Positions 1 through 13,124 of a stretch of 64,000 nucleotides of DNA are shown here, piece after piece. Under the pieces are notes generated by a model. That model was not told the origin of the DNA and ran no database searches. It saw only the letters and a list, made by a program, of their open reading frames with translations. The stretch's first letter is position 1. Each line of letters begins with the position of its first letter. The stretch comes from Geosiphon pyriformis uo1 (lineage: Eukaryota > Fungi > Glomeromycota), in the NCBI GenBank assembly GCA_016748015.1, contig JAAOMT010000790.1, forward strand, positions 147,610 to 211,609, given 5' to 3'. Position numbers and translations under genes: made by a program.

Positions 1-728
1 TTATTAAAATCTTTTTTTCCTAAGAAAAAGTATTATTAATGGGACCATAAAGAGCTTCTTTAAGTGTTTTTTTTTAGACATAATAATACCAGAAGCAGCC
101 TTTAGATTTACCACAAAAAAATTACTAATTTAAGAAATATTAAAAGTAATATAACAGAAAAAACAAAAACAAAAATTTTTTCATAGAAAAAATACTTTTT
201 GAAAAATTTGGAAAGTAAGAAAAAAAGTAGTTTTATTATCTGATATATCTTTAAGCAAATTTTTAATTAATATTAATTAATTTTTAAACATAAAAATTAA
301 TTCAGATAAAAAATAAATAATATTTTATTGGTTAATAATAATTATTAAAAATAAAACTTATTTTAATTTTAAAACAAATATTTTTAAAGTAAAATAAATT
401 AACACTAATAATATAAATAATTCTTTTATTAAAACTCTAAATTATAATATTAATAATAAGAAAATATTTTATTTTATTTTATTTTATTGTTTTAGATAAA
501 TTAATTTTAAAATAATAAAAACTCCAATAAAAAATTATTTATATTAAATATCAATTTAATTATTATTAAAAAAAATCTGTTATGATAAGATTAATAATTA
601 AATAATTGTTTTTTATAAATAAATTTAAAAAAACTATTATCTTTTTAAAATTTAAAAAAAAAATTAAACTTTTATTTTTAAAAAAAAATATAAATAAAAC
701 TGAAATTTTAATAATCAAAAGAAAATTT

Positions 729-1077
729 AATTCATGCTAAGCATTGTGCTTATATGGAAAAGAATGGATTGATCCCACTGGATGGTTCAGCCATCATCTC
801 AGTTCATGGTTTGGCTTCAAGGTTTTCTGTAGGAGTGGTTAAGTTACTTGGCATCATTGATGCTTTAGGTGTTCATTTTGGTTTTCACAAGCCTTGTTTG
901 TTCTTTTCAGGTTTAGGTGATTCGGTATCAGTTTATATAGCTGCATAGTATTGTTCTGATTGGTCTGAGTGGCTGGTCACGTGTAGAAAGTGCATGATTC
1001 ATGCCTAGTTTAGATCAATTCTTTGATGTATAGCACTAGGTAGTATTTGGACCTTACTTGTTAAGCATTAATAAAAA
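729..1077 (+). mobile_element. 5'-truncated LINE 3' end (ORF2 C-terminus, 3'UTR, poly(A))
   Basis: ORF 754-948 (MEKNGLIPLDGS...FFSGLGDSVSVYIAA) matches the ORF2 C-termini of the longer copies. Shared 3'UTR and A-tail at ~1069-1081. 12-bp TSD AAAAGAAAATTT at 717-728 and 1078-1089. Confidence 0.85.
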
Positions 1078-1094
1078 AAAAGAAAATTTTGGTT

Positions 1095-1270
1095 AATAAT
1101 AATTTTAAAAAACAAAAAATTGTTATAATAATTAAATTATAAATATGTTTAAGAAAATAATTGTTTTAATTTTATTTAAGTTTAATTAAATAATATCAAA
1201 TTAATTGTAGTTTATTAAACTATAACAAAAACCTAATAAAATTTATTAAATTAAATCAGATTAATCTAAT
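1095..1270. repeat. Old AT-eroded dispersed repeat (unclassified)
   Basis: 1150-1225 aligns by eye with 15208-15283, and ~1100-1135 with ~13072-13108. The second copy is split by LINE C. Confidence 0.5.
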
Positions 1271-1563
1271 ATTTATATAATTAATTTAAATTAACAAAAA
1301 TTTAGAACATATAATTAAAACTAATATAGATTAAACAGTTTAATTATTAAAATATTGTTTTAAAATATTGTTATTTATTTTATTTAAAAATACAATTGTA
1401 TATAATCTTGGTATTTTTTTAAAAAAACTTATATTATAAATAATTAAATAATATATTAATCTGTAAATTGGTGTTTTAAGTTTGTTAATTTATTTGAAAA
1501 TTTTGGTTAATTAAATTTTTTATATAATAGACAAAAATTTGTTAGTAATAATAAACAGTATTT

Positions 1564-2176
1564 TTTTTTTTTTTCATTTAATGAATGAGGTCCAAACACT
1601 ACCTAATATAATAAATCAGCTAAGTGATCTAAATTAGACATGAATCATGTATTTTTTACATGTAACCAGTTACTCAAACTAATCAAGACAATACTATGTA
1701 TCTATATGAATTGAAACCACACTATCTAAACCTGAAAAAAACCAACAAGAACTATAAAAACCAAAACCAACACTAAAAGTGTCAGCAATACCCAACAATT
1801 TAACTACACTAGCAGAAAGTACTAAAGAAAACCCAGATACTAAGACTGGAAAAAATCCATTATGTGGAATTAACTCACTCTTCTTCATAAATATCTGATG
1901 TTTAACACAGGCCAACTAAACCTCTTTCCTGAATGCAAGGCCAAATCTGCACATAAAGTCTATAATTGTCTAATCCGCAATTTTAGAATCATTAAAAATA
2001 GAAAAAGATTCCCAATATCAATTATTGAAAACAAAACCCTTGCTCAAAATCACACAAATAGCAATATTAAAAGAACAGGAACTCAAACATTATGACATAC
2101 ATAATACTGAGTATGATAGACCAGAAATTACCCCCCATTTAGCTGTATAGGTATTTAGCAACTGAACATAAACATT
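1564..2176 (-). mobile_element. 5'-truncated LINE 3' end
   Basis: ORF 1694-1915 is an ORF2 C-terminus homolog. Poly(T) at 1561-1574. 9-bp TSD ACAGTATTT at 1555-1563 and 2177-2185. Confidence 0.85.
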
Positions 2177-3632
2177 ACAGTATTTAATGTTTAATTTTTT
2201 TAATATAGTAATTGATTTATTTTAATATTTTTATTTTTTTAATAAATAATTTAATAAATTAATTTTATGTTTATTTTTGTGTTTTTTATCAATATTATAG
2301 TATTAAAAATATAATATTTTTATGTAAAAAAGTACAAAACATATTTGAAAATTAGTATTAAAATTATAAAAAAAAACTATATTATTAAAATTAAATTAAC
2401 AAATATTAACTAACAAAAAAGTAAAAGATTAATAATTAACTTAATTATAATCAAATTATAATACAATTTAATTAAAAATCTAAATTAAATACAAAAAAAT
2501 CTTAGCAAACTACTTTGTTTTAATAATATTTTTAGATTTTTTGAATTTTTGTTTAATATATAAATTAGTTTTTTAATTTTGAAAAGAAGTTTAAGTGTTT
2601 ATAATTTTTAAATTATATGAGTAAAAAAAAGTTTTAACCAATATCAGACTTATTATCTTGATTAACATTGCTTGTAAAATTTTATTTAAGATTTTTTTAA
2701 ACAAAATTTCTTTAACTTATAACAAATTTGGTATTTTTTATGATAACAATTTTTCTGTGTTAAAAAGTATTATTATTTAGTTTTTTATTTTTGTAATAAG
2801 CTTAATTATAAAAAATATATTAAAAAAAATTATAAAGTTTAATTGGTTTTATAAAACATATATAAAGTATATAATTTTATTAGATAATATTACAGTTTGG
2901 TTAAAATAAAAATATATAAGTGGTTTATAAAATTTTTTGGTAATATTTACAATAACAAAATTAATTAAATTATGACAAATTTTAGATTGACTAATAAATA
3001 CCAAGTACATGATAATTTAAATTAATGTAAAATTTTCTTTTCTTTGTTTTAAAAAATTTTTTATGATTCTTTTTTGTGTAAAATAAAAAGACTTAAAAGT
3101 TTGTTTAATTATTAAATTGATATTAAATTTGTTGTTAAGACTGGCAGAATTAAAAATTAAGCTAAATTAACTGTTTTTTTAACAGCTAGTACATTTGTTA
3201 ATAATACAATCTAAATTAATAATAATATGATTATAATTTAATATATTTTAAATATTGTTAGTAAGTTCTTTATAATTAATAATATTTTAATTAACAGTAA
3301 AAAAAATGATTTGTTATTTTATAAATATATAAGTTAAAAATTTTTTATTGTCAATATGTAAAATGTTAATTTTTATTGCAAAAAAAAAAAAAAATTTTAT
3401 AGATATCTAGATATTTTTTTGTTATTAAAGAATCTAAATTTAGTTTAACTAAAACTTATTTAGATATTCGGTTTTTTTTAATATGGTTTTAAAAAAAATT
3501 ATCTTAAACAAACAATTTTTTTATTTAATTTTGGCTGTATTACAAATTATAGTTAATTATAAAACTTAATTCAGTTTTGTTTCTAAAAGTATATATAATA
3601 AATAAAATATGTTAATTAAAAAAAATCTAAGG

Positions 3633-4614
3633 GTTGTTATTGGAGATTTTTGGTTTTTTTTTTTAATATTGTTGTTGTTGTTTTATTGTTAATTTTTAAT
3701 TATTAAAAGTAATTAAATCTTCAATAATTAAATTTATTTTTAAATTGTTTCCTATAATTTAAATTGCTGAGTTTATAAATAGAATAGCCAATTTTATACT
3801 AATTGTTTATATAGTTACTTTGTAATACAAATCAACTTTTTTTAGAAAATACTTGTTTAAAAGCTTATTCAAAATGTATAGTTACTTTGCTAAAAAAGTT
3901 AATTCTTTTACAAAAATTTTGTTTATAAACTATTTTAATAGATATAATAATAAAAGAAAAGAAAAATAAAAAAAATGTAAAAAAAAAAGATTTTATTAAG
4001 GAAATTATCTGCTGTTTAAGCCTAAAATTACTAACAAATTACTGAAATTAATAGTTAGTTAATTTTAAAATATTAATTAAAATTTGGGAAAATTTTAAGT
4101 AAAATTAATTATAAATTTGTTGTTTTTAATATAGTTTTTGTTGAAGTGATTTGTATAAATATTTTAAGAAAAATATTTTTAATAAAGATAAATTCTAACT
4201 AAAATATATTTTTTTAAAAAAAAAGCTCTTTTTTTATACAATTTGTTATAATACTAGTTTGTAAACTTGTATTTTTATTTTTATTATTAGTTTGCCAAAT
4301 TAAAGATATATTTTAGCAAAGTATAAGTTATTTCTACAAATTATTGAATATTTTAGTAAATTATTAATTATTTCAGTAAATTTTTACAAATTTTGGTAAA
4401 TTCTTAAATGTTATATAATTTATGGTATTGTATAATCTGATTATTACAATTTGTGTATTATATAAATTGAGTTTATTAATTGGATGATAATTTTGGTAAT
4501 TTAACTAAATAATATGTAATAATAATTAATAATAATAATAAATATTAATTAATAATAAGAATTATAAAAGTAATTTTATGTTAAATAATAACTCAAATTT
4601 TTACTGATAATAAA
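3633..4614. mobile_element. Unclassified eroded insertion interrupting LINE D
   Basis: LINE D homology stops at ~3632 and resumes at ~4615 at adjacent ORF2 codons (KGLK / LPKNFP). The intervening ~1 kb is not LINE ORF2. Confidence 0.45.
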
Positions 4615-4804
4615 ATAAAAATTGGCTTACCAAAGAATTTTCTTAATAAAATTTTATATTACCTATTTTTATATAGTTTAAAGTCATTTAAACAATTGTA
4701 AAGAAAATAAGGTGGCTTTATATTGTTTTTTTCAAATATTAATAGTATTTTTAGTTGTCTATTTAATTATAAATCTTTGGATTTGCAAGTATTAAACTAG
4801 TTTT

Positions 4805-5629
4805 TGTTATTTAAATAGAAAAACCAGTCCAAAATTATTAAAAAAACGTAATTACTATGTAATAATATAAAAAAACATAAATAACACAAAATAATACAAA
4901 ATAATACAAAATATTATAAAATAACTCAAAATAATACAAGATAACACAATAATACAAAATAGCACAGAATAACTAATAAGAATATAGGATAACTAGTTAT
5001 AATAAAAAAAAATAAAACAATAGTTAAAATAATAATTAATAATTAATAATAACAAGCAATAAAAAGAAATTTTGTAAAACTAGAAAATATATATAAAAGC
5101 AAATAGTTTTAACAAATAAAAAAAACAGATTGGATAAAAATCAGTTTAATATTTTTATATTATTCTTAATCTTAAAAACTTCTTTCTTTTTTTCATTTTT
5201 TATATTTTAATTTTACCAAATAAAATATTATTGTTTAATTTACAAGTCTATAATTCTAATACTCTAATTGTCAAAATTTGATTAATTGTTTTTGTTTATT
5301 TTTATTTCAAATCAGATAAAATTAGCATAATTACTTTTAAAACTTTAATAATTTAAACTAATTGCTCTTAATTATAGCAATTAACAGAATACTAATTTTT
5401 TGTTTTTTTTGTAAAATAACAACATTAAAAATCAACTGCTTAGAAATAAACTTTGTAATAATCTAGTAAAAAAAAGCTTTCTCTAAGTTTAAATATTCAC
5501 TTTATTTTATTAGCTTATCAGAAAAACAAAAAAACAATATTAGATCTTAGTAACTATACTTATTAATTCAGAAAAAAATACAATTATAACAATACAATTA
5601 AAAAAACAACATTTTTGTGTCTTATAACA
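4805..5629. mobile_element. Eroded LTR-like element nested in LINE D
   Basis: Bounded by TGTTAT (4805) and ATAACA (5624-5629). Contains a 10-bp tandem array (ATAA[T/C]ACAAA, ~4880-4960). Shares blocks with 59941-60870, e.g. AAAACAATATTAGATCTTA at ~5531 and ~60755. Confidence 0.5.
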
Positions 5630-7658
5630 AAAATACTTAATAAGTAAAACTTTAGACAGAAAAATTTTCAGAAATTAATAACTAATTTTATTATCAAAAC
5701 TAATTTATTTAAACTTAATTTGTTCTCAATATTAAATTATAAATACTAATATTATAAACATACTTAATTAAATTTATTTATAATATTTTTTAACCATTTT
5801 TTACATTTTCTGATAAGATTAAAAATCAGTTTAGTGAACAATTTTTTGGCTGAAATTGTGAAATTTTTTTTGAACTGTAATATTTTCTTAATTAACAATT
5901 TGCTCTTAGCATTTTATTTCTTTATTGGTATTTTAATGTTTTTTATTTTGAAACAAACAGTTTTTTACAATATTTTTTGCTCTTTTAAGAGATTTGGTAT
6001 TGTTTTTACTAAACAGTTTTACATTAAAAAAGATTTGAATTTTAATTAAAAAAGTTTTTATTACTAAAAAAAACTTAATTTTAGAGATCTTGTTTTTGTT
6101 TAGTTTAATTTAATATTTGAGTATTTGTATAATAAAGTTTTTTGTTGTAGTATTTTTGTTTTTTAATGGTGGTTTTTATTTCTTAAATATGCTTAATTTT
6201 TATTTTTTTTTAATGATAAAAAAAGTTTTACTGATAATATTTTGGATATTATTAATGTTTATACTAATAAATTTCCAAAAAATTTGGAAATATTTGATGT
6301 AAAAAATATCACAATTCTATTTTTTAATATAGATTTGGTTATTAGTATTAAAATAGGTGGTTTGGTCTTATTTACTTTAATGAAACTACTGATAATTACA
6401 TTAACTTTGAAATAAATTTTCAATTTCTGTTTAGTTATAATATATTTTAATAGTTAAGCTGCTTTGAATGCTTATTTATCAGAGCTAAACTTAATAATAT
6501 CAGATTTTTGTAATTATTATTAACTTAAAAAATATCAAGTTTTAAACTCTATTAAGAATAAAATTATTAATATTACTTGATTCAAAGTTAAAGATTATTT
6601 GGATGTTTTTGGTAATAAGAAAACCAATAAGTTTGTTTATACTGTATCTAACTCAAGTTTGGTGTTTTCTATTAAGATTCATAAAAAATATAGATGAATA
6701 GATAATAATACAGTTTTAAAGAATACTTAGTATTTTGTTTGTAATATTTTTAGATCTATTTATTATGTTTATTAAAAGATTAATTTTGGTTTTAATATGT
6801 TTACTGAAAATTTAATAAAAAATATTGACTAAACTAAAACTTTATTAATATAGCATTCTGACTTGTATATAATTTTTAAATTTATAAATAAACTTACAGC
6901 TAATTTTTGGTTTTATTTTATGAAAGCTTTCTATTGTTGTTTAAAAGCATTTATATAACAGAAATTATTCTAATTTTTTATGTTTTTATTGTAAAAATGT
7001 CGAATTTTCTGATTATTTTTTGTGTACAAAATAAATTAGACTATTCAAAAAATTGCTTAGATTATGTATAACTTTTTGGGTATTTTTGTTTGGCTTGAAC
7101 TTATTATTATTTTGTGTTTTATAAATGCTTTTAGTATATATTTTTAATAATATAATTTATACTATTTTATGTAAAAATATGGTTTTTAAATTATAATATT
7201 TAGAAGCTTTATCTGTTTTGGTTGCTTCAAGATTATAATTGAGTGTATTATAAATTTTGTGCATAATATTGGAATAGTTTACTATAATAGTATTTAATTG
7301 ATTAAATCTAAGTATAAAATACTTTAGGAAAAAAAAATTGATTATTTGTAATAAGTTTGCAATTTTTGTGGTATATAGTTTGTTTTATTTACTTTTTAAT
7401 AAAGTCATAAAACTATTTAAGATTATAAAAGTATTTAACATTAATTTTGGTTTATGTAAATTGTGTTTATTTTTTTATAATATAAATTGTAATATTTTTA
7501 TTAAGATAGATTTATAATGTTGCTTTGGTTGGCCTAAATAACTAATTATATGTAAAAAAAATGCATAATTTGTATTTAGTTTAGATTATTTAGTTTAATA
7601 TATAATATTAGATAGCATTTGAACTTTATTCATTAAAAAATTAATAAAAAAAAAAAGC

Positions 7659-9350
7659 AAAAATTTTTTTCTCTAATTTTATAATTATAATTAAAACAAA
7701 GAATAAAAAAGTTTTTAAATATTATTTTTTTTGTAATAACTAATAAAGTTTAATAATAAAAATTGTTTTTAACAATTTTTAACCTATTTTTTTATCTTTA
7801 ATTAATGGTTTTTTTTCAGTTAAAATGTTTTTTAAAAAACATACTTAAGTAAGTTTTAGTGTTGTTTTTATTTTTTTTAAAAGTCTAAAAGTTTTTAATA
7901 ATAAGTTAATTAATAAACTGATTTTTTTTGCTTTTATTATTAATATTATTATGATTTTTTTACAAATGACCAAAAAAATCAAAAATTCCAAAAAACAGCA
8001 ATAATTGTTTATATCTATTATTATTATACTAAACTTTTTTATAGTTTTAAATAAAATTTTAGAAAATTTTTTTTTAATAATAACCAGTTTTTTTTTAATA
8101 TAAAAAATAATAATATTAGCATATTTTTTAAGACAAGTTAAGATTAATCACTAATTGTATTGCCAATTGTAATGTTTTTTGGCAAATTATTGCTGGAAAA
8201 CAACTTATTAAGTTATTTAATTTTAAAGATTGAACTAATTAAATAGAAATTAATTTAACTTTTTTTTGGTTTTTTAATATTGTCTTTAATAATATTTAAA
8301 AAACAATTTTTAGTTGTTAAAAATTTTTAAAATAAGTAATCTCTATTTTGGTGTTTAATGTTATATTTAAAATTAAATTGACTTTAGTTAATTTTTTGTT
8401 TTATTTATTATCTGGTTTTATTAAATTTAAATTTGGTTTAAAAAATAATATTAAGTTGTTTTATATAGATTTTACTTTAAGTCTTTCTTAATTACTGTTA
8501 CCAAAATTGTTGTTAGTAATTTTTTTTAATTATACTTAAAATTGCAAAATCTTTTATAGTAATTTCTGTTTTTTTTCTTTTTCTGTTGTATTATATAATA
8601 TTCTTCTTAATATATTTTTTGATAATATTAAAAATATTCTTGGTGTTTTTAATATTTTTACTTTAGTTAAATTAAAATCTACTAGTTTGTAATAATATAT
8701 TGTTATTAATTTTAAAAACTTTTTTTCTGATATTGTTTTTAATACTAGTTAAAAAAATTTTTTTTTGCTTAACTAAAAAGAAATTTTTAGTTTAAGAAAC
8801 ACTTTTAAAACCAAATTGGTTAATTTTTTTTTAGTTGTACTGTCTTTAAAATCAATAATTTGATTTTCAAATTGGTAATTATATTTGTTTTATTTCTTAT
8901 TTTTTTAATTTTTATTATTATTAATGTTTTGCTATTATAATATTTAATTCTTATAAATTTTTAAACCTTAGTATTATAAAAACTAGTATTTTACACAAAT
9001 ATTATATTTAATAAAAAATTTTTAAATATTATTAATATTATAAATATTAAAGTTTAGATTATTTGTTTGCTAATTGCATAGTATTATAATCTTTTTTTTT
9101 TTAAATTATTAATTAATTTTGTTATTGACTTTAGATTTTTTGTATTATTTTTTGTTGATAAAAAATTTTATGCTAAAGTTTTTGTCTTTTTGGCTTTTTT
9201 GCTTGTTATTTTTTTGGTTATTTTTGTTGTTAATTCTGTTATTAAATCTATATTGAATTTTTTGAAATCTCAAATTTTAAGTTTAGCTGTTTTAATTAAA
9301 TTAGTTATTAAACTAATTAACTTATTAATTAAATTAATTTAAACACTTTT
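7659..9350 (+). mobile_element. Heavily eroded LINE E (5' end and ORF1)
   Basis: Starts with an eroded version of the family 5' hairpin (AAAATTTTTTTCTCT...AAAAAAGTTTT). 9036-9077 reads Y-Y-K-Y-*-S-L-D-Y-L-F-A-N-C, which reverts by A>G/T>C changes to a CX2CX4HX4C knuckle. Confidence 0.6.
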
Positions 9351-9859
9351 TTTTCTATGTATATAAAACTTAAAAATATTATTATAATTGTTTAAAATAA
9401 GATATTTGTTTTTAATAAAGCTTTAAACAAAAGTTAATATTAAGATAATTAAAGTTAAAATTAAATATAGTATTAAAACTAATTTAATAAATAATATTAA
9501 TTATATATTAAACAAAAATATTTATTCATAGTTAATAACTGTTTAAAAACATTAATTTTTTAAAATTAATCTGAATCTAGATAAAATTACTAAATAATTA
9601 AGTAAATTAGTTGTAAATAGTATTTTATTATTATTATACATAAAATATTTTTTTAAAATATATATTTTTTTAAATTTAATATAGTTTAGTCTAAATTAGA
9701 TTTATATTTAATTACATATAAAAAATTTTTAATTAATATTTATTTTAAGTTTGTCATATTATATTAAGTTATATTTAAGTTTATATATTAAATAAAAAAT
9801 ACATAATAATTTAATTTCTTTACAATTAATTTTTCTAAATATAAAAATAATATAATATA

Positions 9860-10610
9860 AAAAACTTCTTTCTCTCTTATCTCCAAAAATCCTTAAAAAG
9901 CGCATTTTCTAAAAAAGAAGTTTTCTATTTTTTCTTGTTAGTTTTTTCAACATTTCTTTAAATAACAACCCTTTTGTTATGGATTTAAAGGCTGCTTCAG
10001 GTGGTGATATGTCAAAAAAAAAGACACCCAAAGGAGCTTTCTATGGTTCTGCTGGTGGTTTTTTTGCTCAAAAGAAAAAAATGGTTTTTGGGAACATTAA
10101 ACACTCTGGTAATAAGAAGGATATCTCTTTAAGTAAATCTGGATCTGATAATAGTGTGTATTCTGATGTGGATAGTCTGTTTGGTAATAATGAAGATGTT
10201 GGCATGGCTGGTGTAAATGGTGAGTCTCTTTTGGGTTTGGCTGCAACCACTTCCAAGGCAAAATGTATTAATACTGGTGCTGCTTTTGGTTTCCCATTTG
10301 GTTCTCCCAACTTTGACATGGACAATAATAAAGAAGTGTTTCTTCCTTCTTGTTTTTCTATCTTTCTAGATAAGAAGTGGGTTGATTCCAAAATTATCAA
10401 AACTCAGGTGGAGGTTTCAGTTAGGCAATCTTTTGCTTTGGACATTAATTTCTCAGCTGTAGAAGGGAAATCAATGATGGCAAAAACCCAAATTATTAGA
10501 AAAATTTTTTCAACTGTCAATGGTTTTGGGAGGGCCATTACTCCTTTAAAATTTAAAGGAATCATCTGATCGACATTTACTTTAGAAAAAAGCATGGAAA
10601 TGGCCGCATC
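9860..10610 (+). mobile_element. LINE A, 5' half (5'UTR and ORF1 N-terminus), broken by the inversion
   Basis: Conserved 5' terminus AAAACTTCTTTCTCTC. ORF 9979-10569 continues past a premature stop to ...STFTLEKSMEMAAS, which joins in frame to LAREKKIDINSNLKK on the minus strand at ~21573. Confidence 0.85.
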
Positions 10611-11375
10611 CCCAGCCTTTTTAAAAGCCTGTGCCAAGCTCGATTCAGACGTAAATGTTGCTTTGATGATCCCAGCAAATTTTGAGGGGGTAGAGGCCCC
10701 CCCAAAACCATTGATTCCTAAAAATAATTTCCTGACTGCAGAAAGTTTCTCTTGAGAAGATTTACCAGTCACTTTTTTCAATCCAATATTCAGAGCAAAT
10801 GACTTACAAACAGGGACATTAACCAGATTTCTCAAAGGAGTAGGAAGTTCTAAATAACCACATGACAGAACATCACCATTATCATCATTGCCCAAAAAAT
10901 TAATTTTGCCCAGAGATTTACCCAAACTTTGCTTAGTAACTACCTTGGGCCCTTTGAGTGTTTGGTTAATGTTTCTTCTTTCCAAAAGATCACTTTCTCT
11001 ATAATCTACACTAGTTTCCTCAATCAAAAAATCCTTTTCTATGTTCACACTGTCAGATTCAGTGGTATTCCCAGCCTCAGACTCCCAAGAACCACCAACC
11101 ACTTTATCAGACACAACCATTTTTTGAGCAGCACCATTCTTCAGAACACCACCCTTCCTTTTTTTCCTAGAAGCAATGTCTTTACTAACAGTATCAGCAC
11201 TAAAGTCTTTGGCAGATTTCTTCATCACAACAACACTGGAACCAATAATGGCCTTGTAATCAAGCAGGAAAGGTTTGGATTTATCGTACTGAATTGTAGA
11301 AAACTTCTTTTCAAAAAACTTTTGACTCTTTTTTAGGAATTTGGGACAAAGGAGAGAAAGAAGTTTTTGTTGTAA
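10605..11375 (-). mobile_element. LINE B, 5' half (5'UTR and ORF1 N-terminus), inverted
   Basis: ORF from 11228 reads ...ATFTSESSLAQAFKKAGDA, which joins KILVNTNLKK at 21580 (+). Same 5' terminus as LINE A. Flanked at 11376-11398 by the reverse complement of the 23-bp TSD found at 28321-28343. Confidence 0.9.
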
Positions 11376-13124
11376 ATATTTATAATAAATAAATATTTAA
11401 AAATTATTTAATAAAATTAAAGTATTAAATATATTTAATTTAATATTATAAGTTTTTTGTTAAATAAAATATTATAACTTTAATGTCTTATATTAAAAAT
11501 TTTTAATTCAATCTAAAAGTTTTATCAATTTATTTTTGTGTTTTTATTTGTAAAATTTTATTTATAAATTAAGTATAATAATAGTTAATTATAATAATAA
11601 TAATTTTATTTTATGTTATTAATCATAATTAATAAAGTTTAATTTTGTTTTTTTACTTTTTTGATAAATTAATAATCTTGTTTTTTCTAATATTTTATTT
11701 TATTTTATTTTGCTATTAAACTTTTTTTACCAAATTATTATAATATTAAAACTTTTATTAACTTAATAATTTTATTTTTTATTATTATTATTTAATTAAA
11801 ACAAAATAATACAATTTTAGTTTTAAAAAGTTTTTTACAAAATATTAATAAAAATACAAATGTTTTTTACTTTGTAAACTTTAAATAAATTTTATTTTTT
11901 TTTATTTTTTTTAATTATATAATTTAAAAAAGTTTTTACTGTTTTTGATAATAATAAAACAGTTTTAAAATTAAGTTTTTTTAAAAAAAAATTAAATTTA
12001 ATATTTTAAATTTGTTTTAATACTTGTTATAAATATTAAAGATAATTTAAAAAAATTAACAAAATTTTAAAAAATTTAAAAAATAATTGTTTTTTTTAAT
12101 TATTTTATATTATTAAATATATGTATATATACAAATAATTTAATTAAATTTTGTAATTTTTATTATTTTTTTACAATAAAATTTTTTTTAAACACAATAT
12201 ATCTAAACTTAAAATACTTTTTTAAATATTTTTTTCAATTTAATTAAATATTATTAATTTTTTTATTTAATTAGTTTTTTAAAAAATCTTTTTTAATTAA
12301 GCTTTATAAAAAAAACTTATATTTATAAATATACAACTGAAATTCATAATTATAAAATATAAAACTTAAAAACAAATATTTTTAATGCAATTAGCTAATT
12401 TTAAAATTTATTTTTGGTCTTTATACAAAAAAAACTTATATATTATATAAATTTTTAAAATATTATAAAAATATCTAAAAATTAAAATAAATTTTTTTAA
12501 ATAATAACAATAATATTTATTTTAGACTTACTAATCTGAATTAAACTAAATAATTATAAATTATTGGTTTTTAATAAATAAAAAATAATTTTATTAATTT
12601 TAATTTTAATTAAAACAAATTTTTTTTTAATAATAATTAAATTTATTTTAAATATTACTTATTATTTTATTGTTTAATATTTATTGTAAAATATAATTTT
12701 GGAAAAATAATTTTTTTTTCTAAATTAACTTTTTATTTTATTATTATATGTTTTTAAATTAAGATATTTGTTAATTTTTTATTTTAATTTTAGTTAATAA
12801 TATTAAAAAAAACCAAATTTAATATAATAATAATATTTTAAAAAATAATAAAATTAGAAAAAAATAAAACCAATAATTATTATTAATAGTATTATAATAA
12901 TAAAAAAGTTAGTAAAAAAGTTGTTCATGATTTTATTAATAATATTTTTATATAAAAGTCAAAAAATAAAAATAAAAATATTAAAAACTTTAATAATAAA
13001 ACAGTTTTTTTTAAACAATTTTTATTTAGATATAGTTTAATTAATATTAATGAATTTAATAATATAAAACTAATTTTAAAAAAATAAAAAAGTTTGTAAT
13101 AATTAATAATCTTAAAAAATTAAA

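Larger units (their letters stand above)
2510..7655 (+). mobile_element. Heavily eroded LINE D (RT to 3'UTR), in three pieces (~2510-3632, ~4615-4804, ~5810-7655)
   Basis: 2630-3630 is colinear with the RT of LINE B (24470-25490). The catalytic FVDD reads TTT GTT AAT AAT (FVNN) at 3194-3205. ORF 5834-6049 matches ORF 17141-17599. RNase H remnant at ~6255. 3'UTR and A-tail at ~7520-7656. Confidence 0.8.

Noticed and set aside
950-1070. Hammerhead or HDV ribozyme in the LINE 3'UTR
   Set aside because: The catalytic core motifs (CUGANGA...GAAA, or the HDV nested pseudoknot) are not consistently present across copies.
4880-4960. CRISPR-like or telomeric array
   Set aside because: Degenerate 10-bp tandem units without spacers, inside an LTR-like remnant in a eukaryote.
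1-9800. Organellar insertion (NUMT) or AT-rich endosymbiont DNA
   Set aside because: No tRNA, rRNA or organellar genes are recognisable. The decodable parts are mutated LINE/LTR sequence.
9845-9860. TSD for LINE A (ATAATATAATA, also near 15556-15566 on the minus strand)
   Set aside because: Low complexity, and the A-tail is missing. Compatible with the inversion but not used as proof.
10404-11228. 274-aa ORF (and ORFs 21336-21605 and 21475-21864) as novel chimeric proteins
   Set aside because: They read across the inversion junctions into the antisense strand of the other LINE, so they are by-products of the rearrangement.
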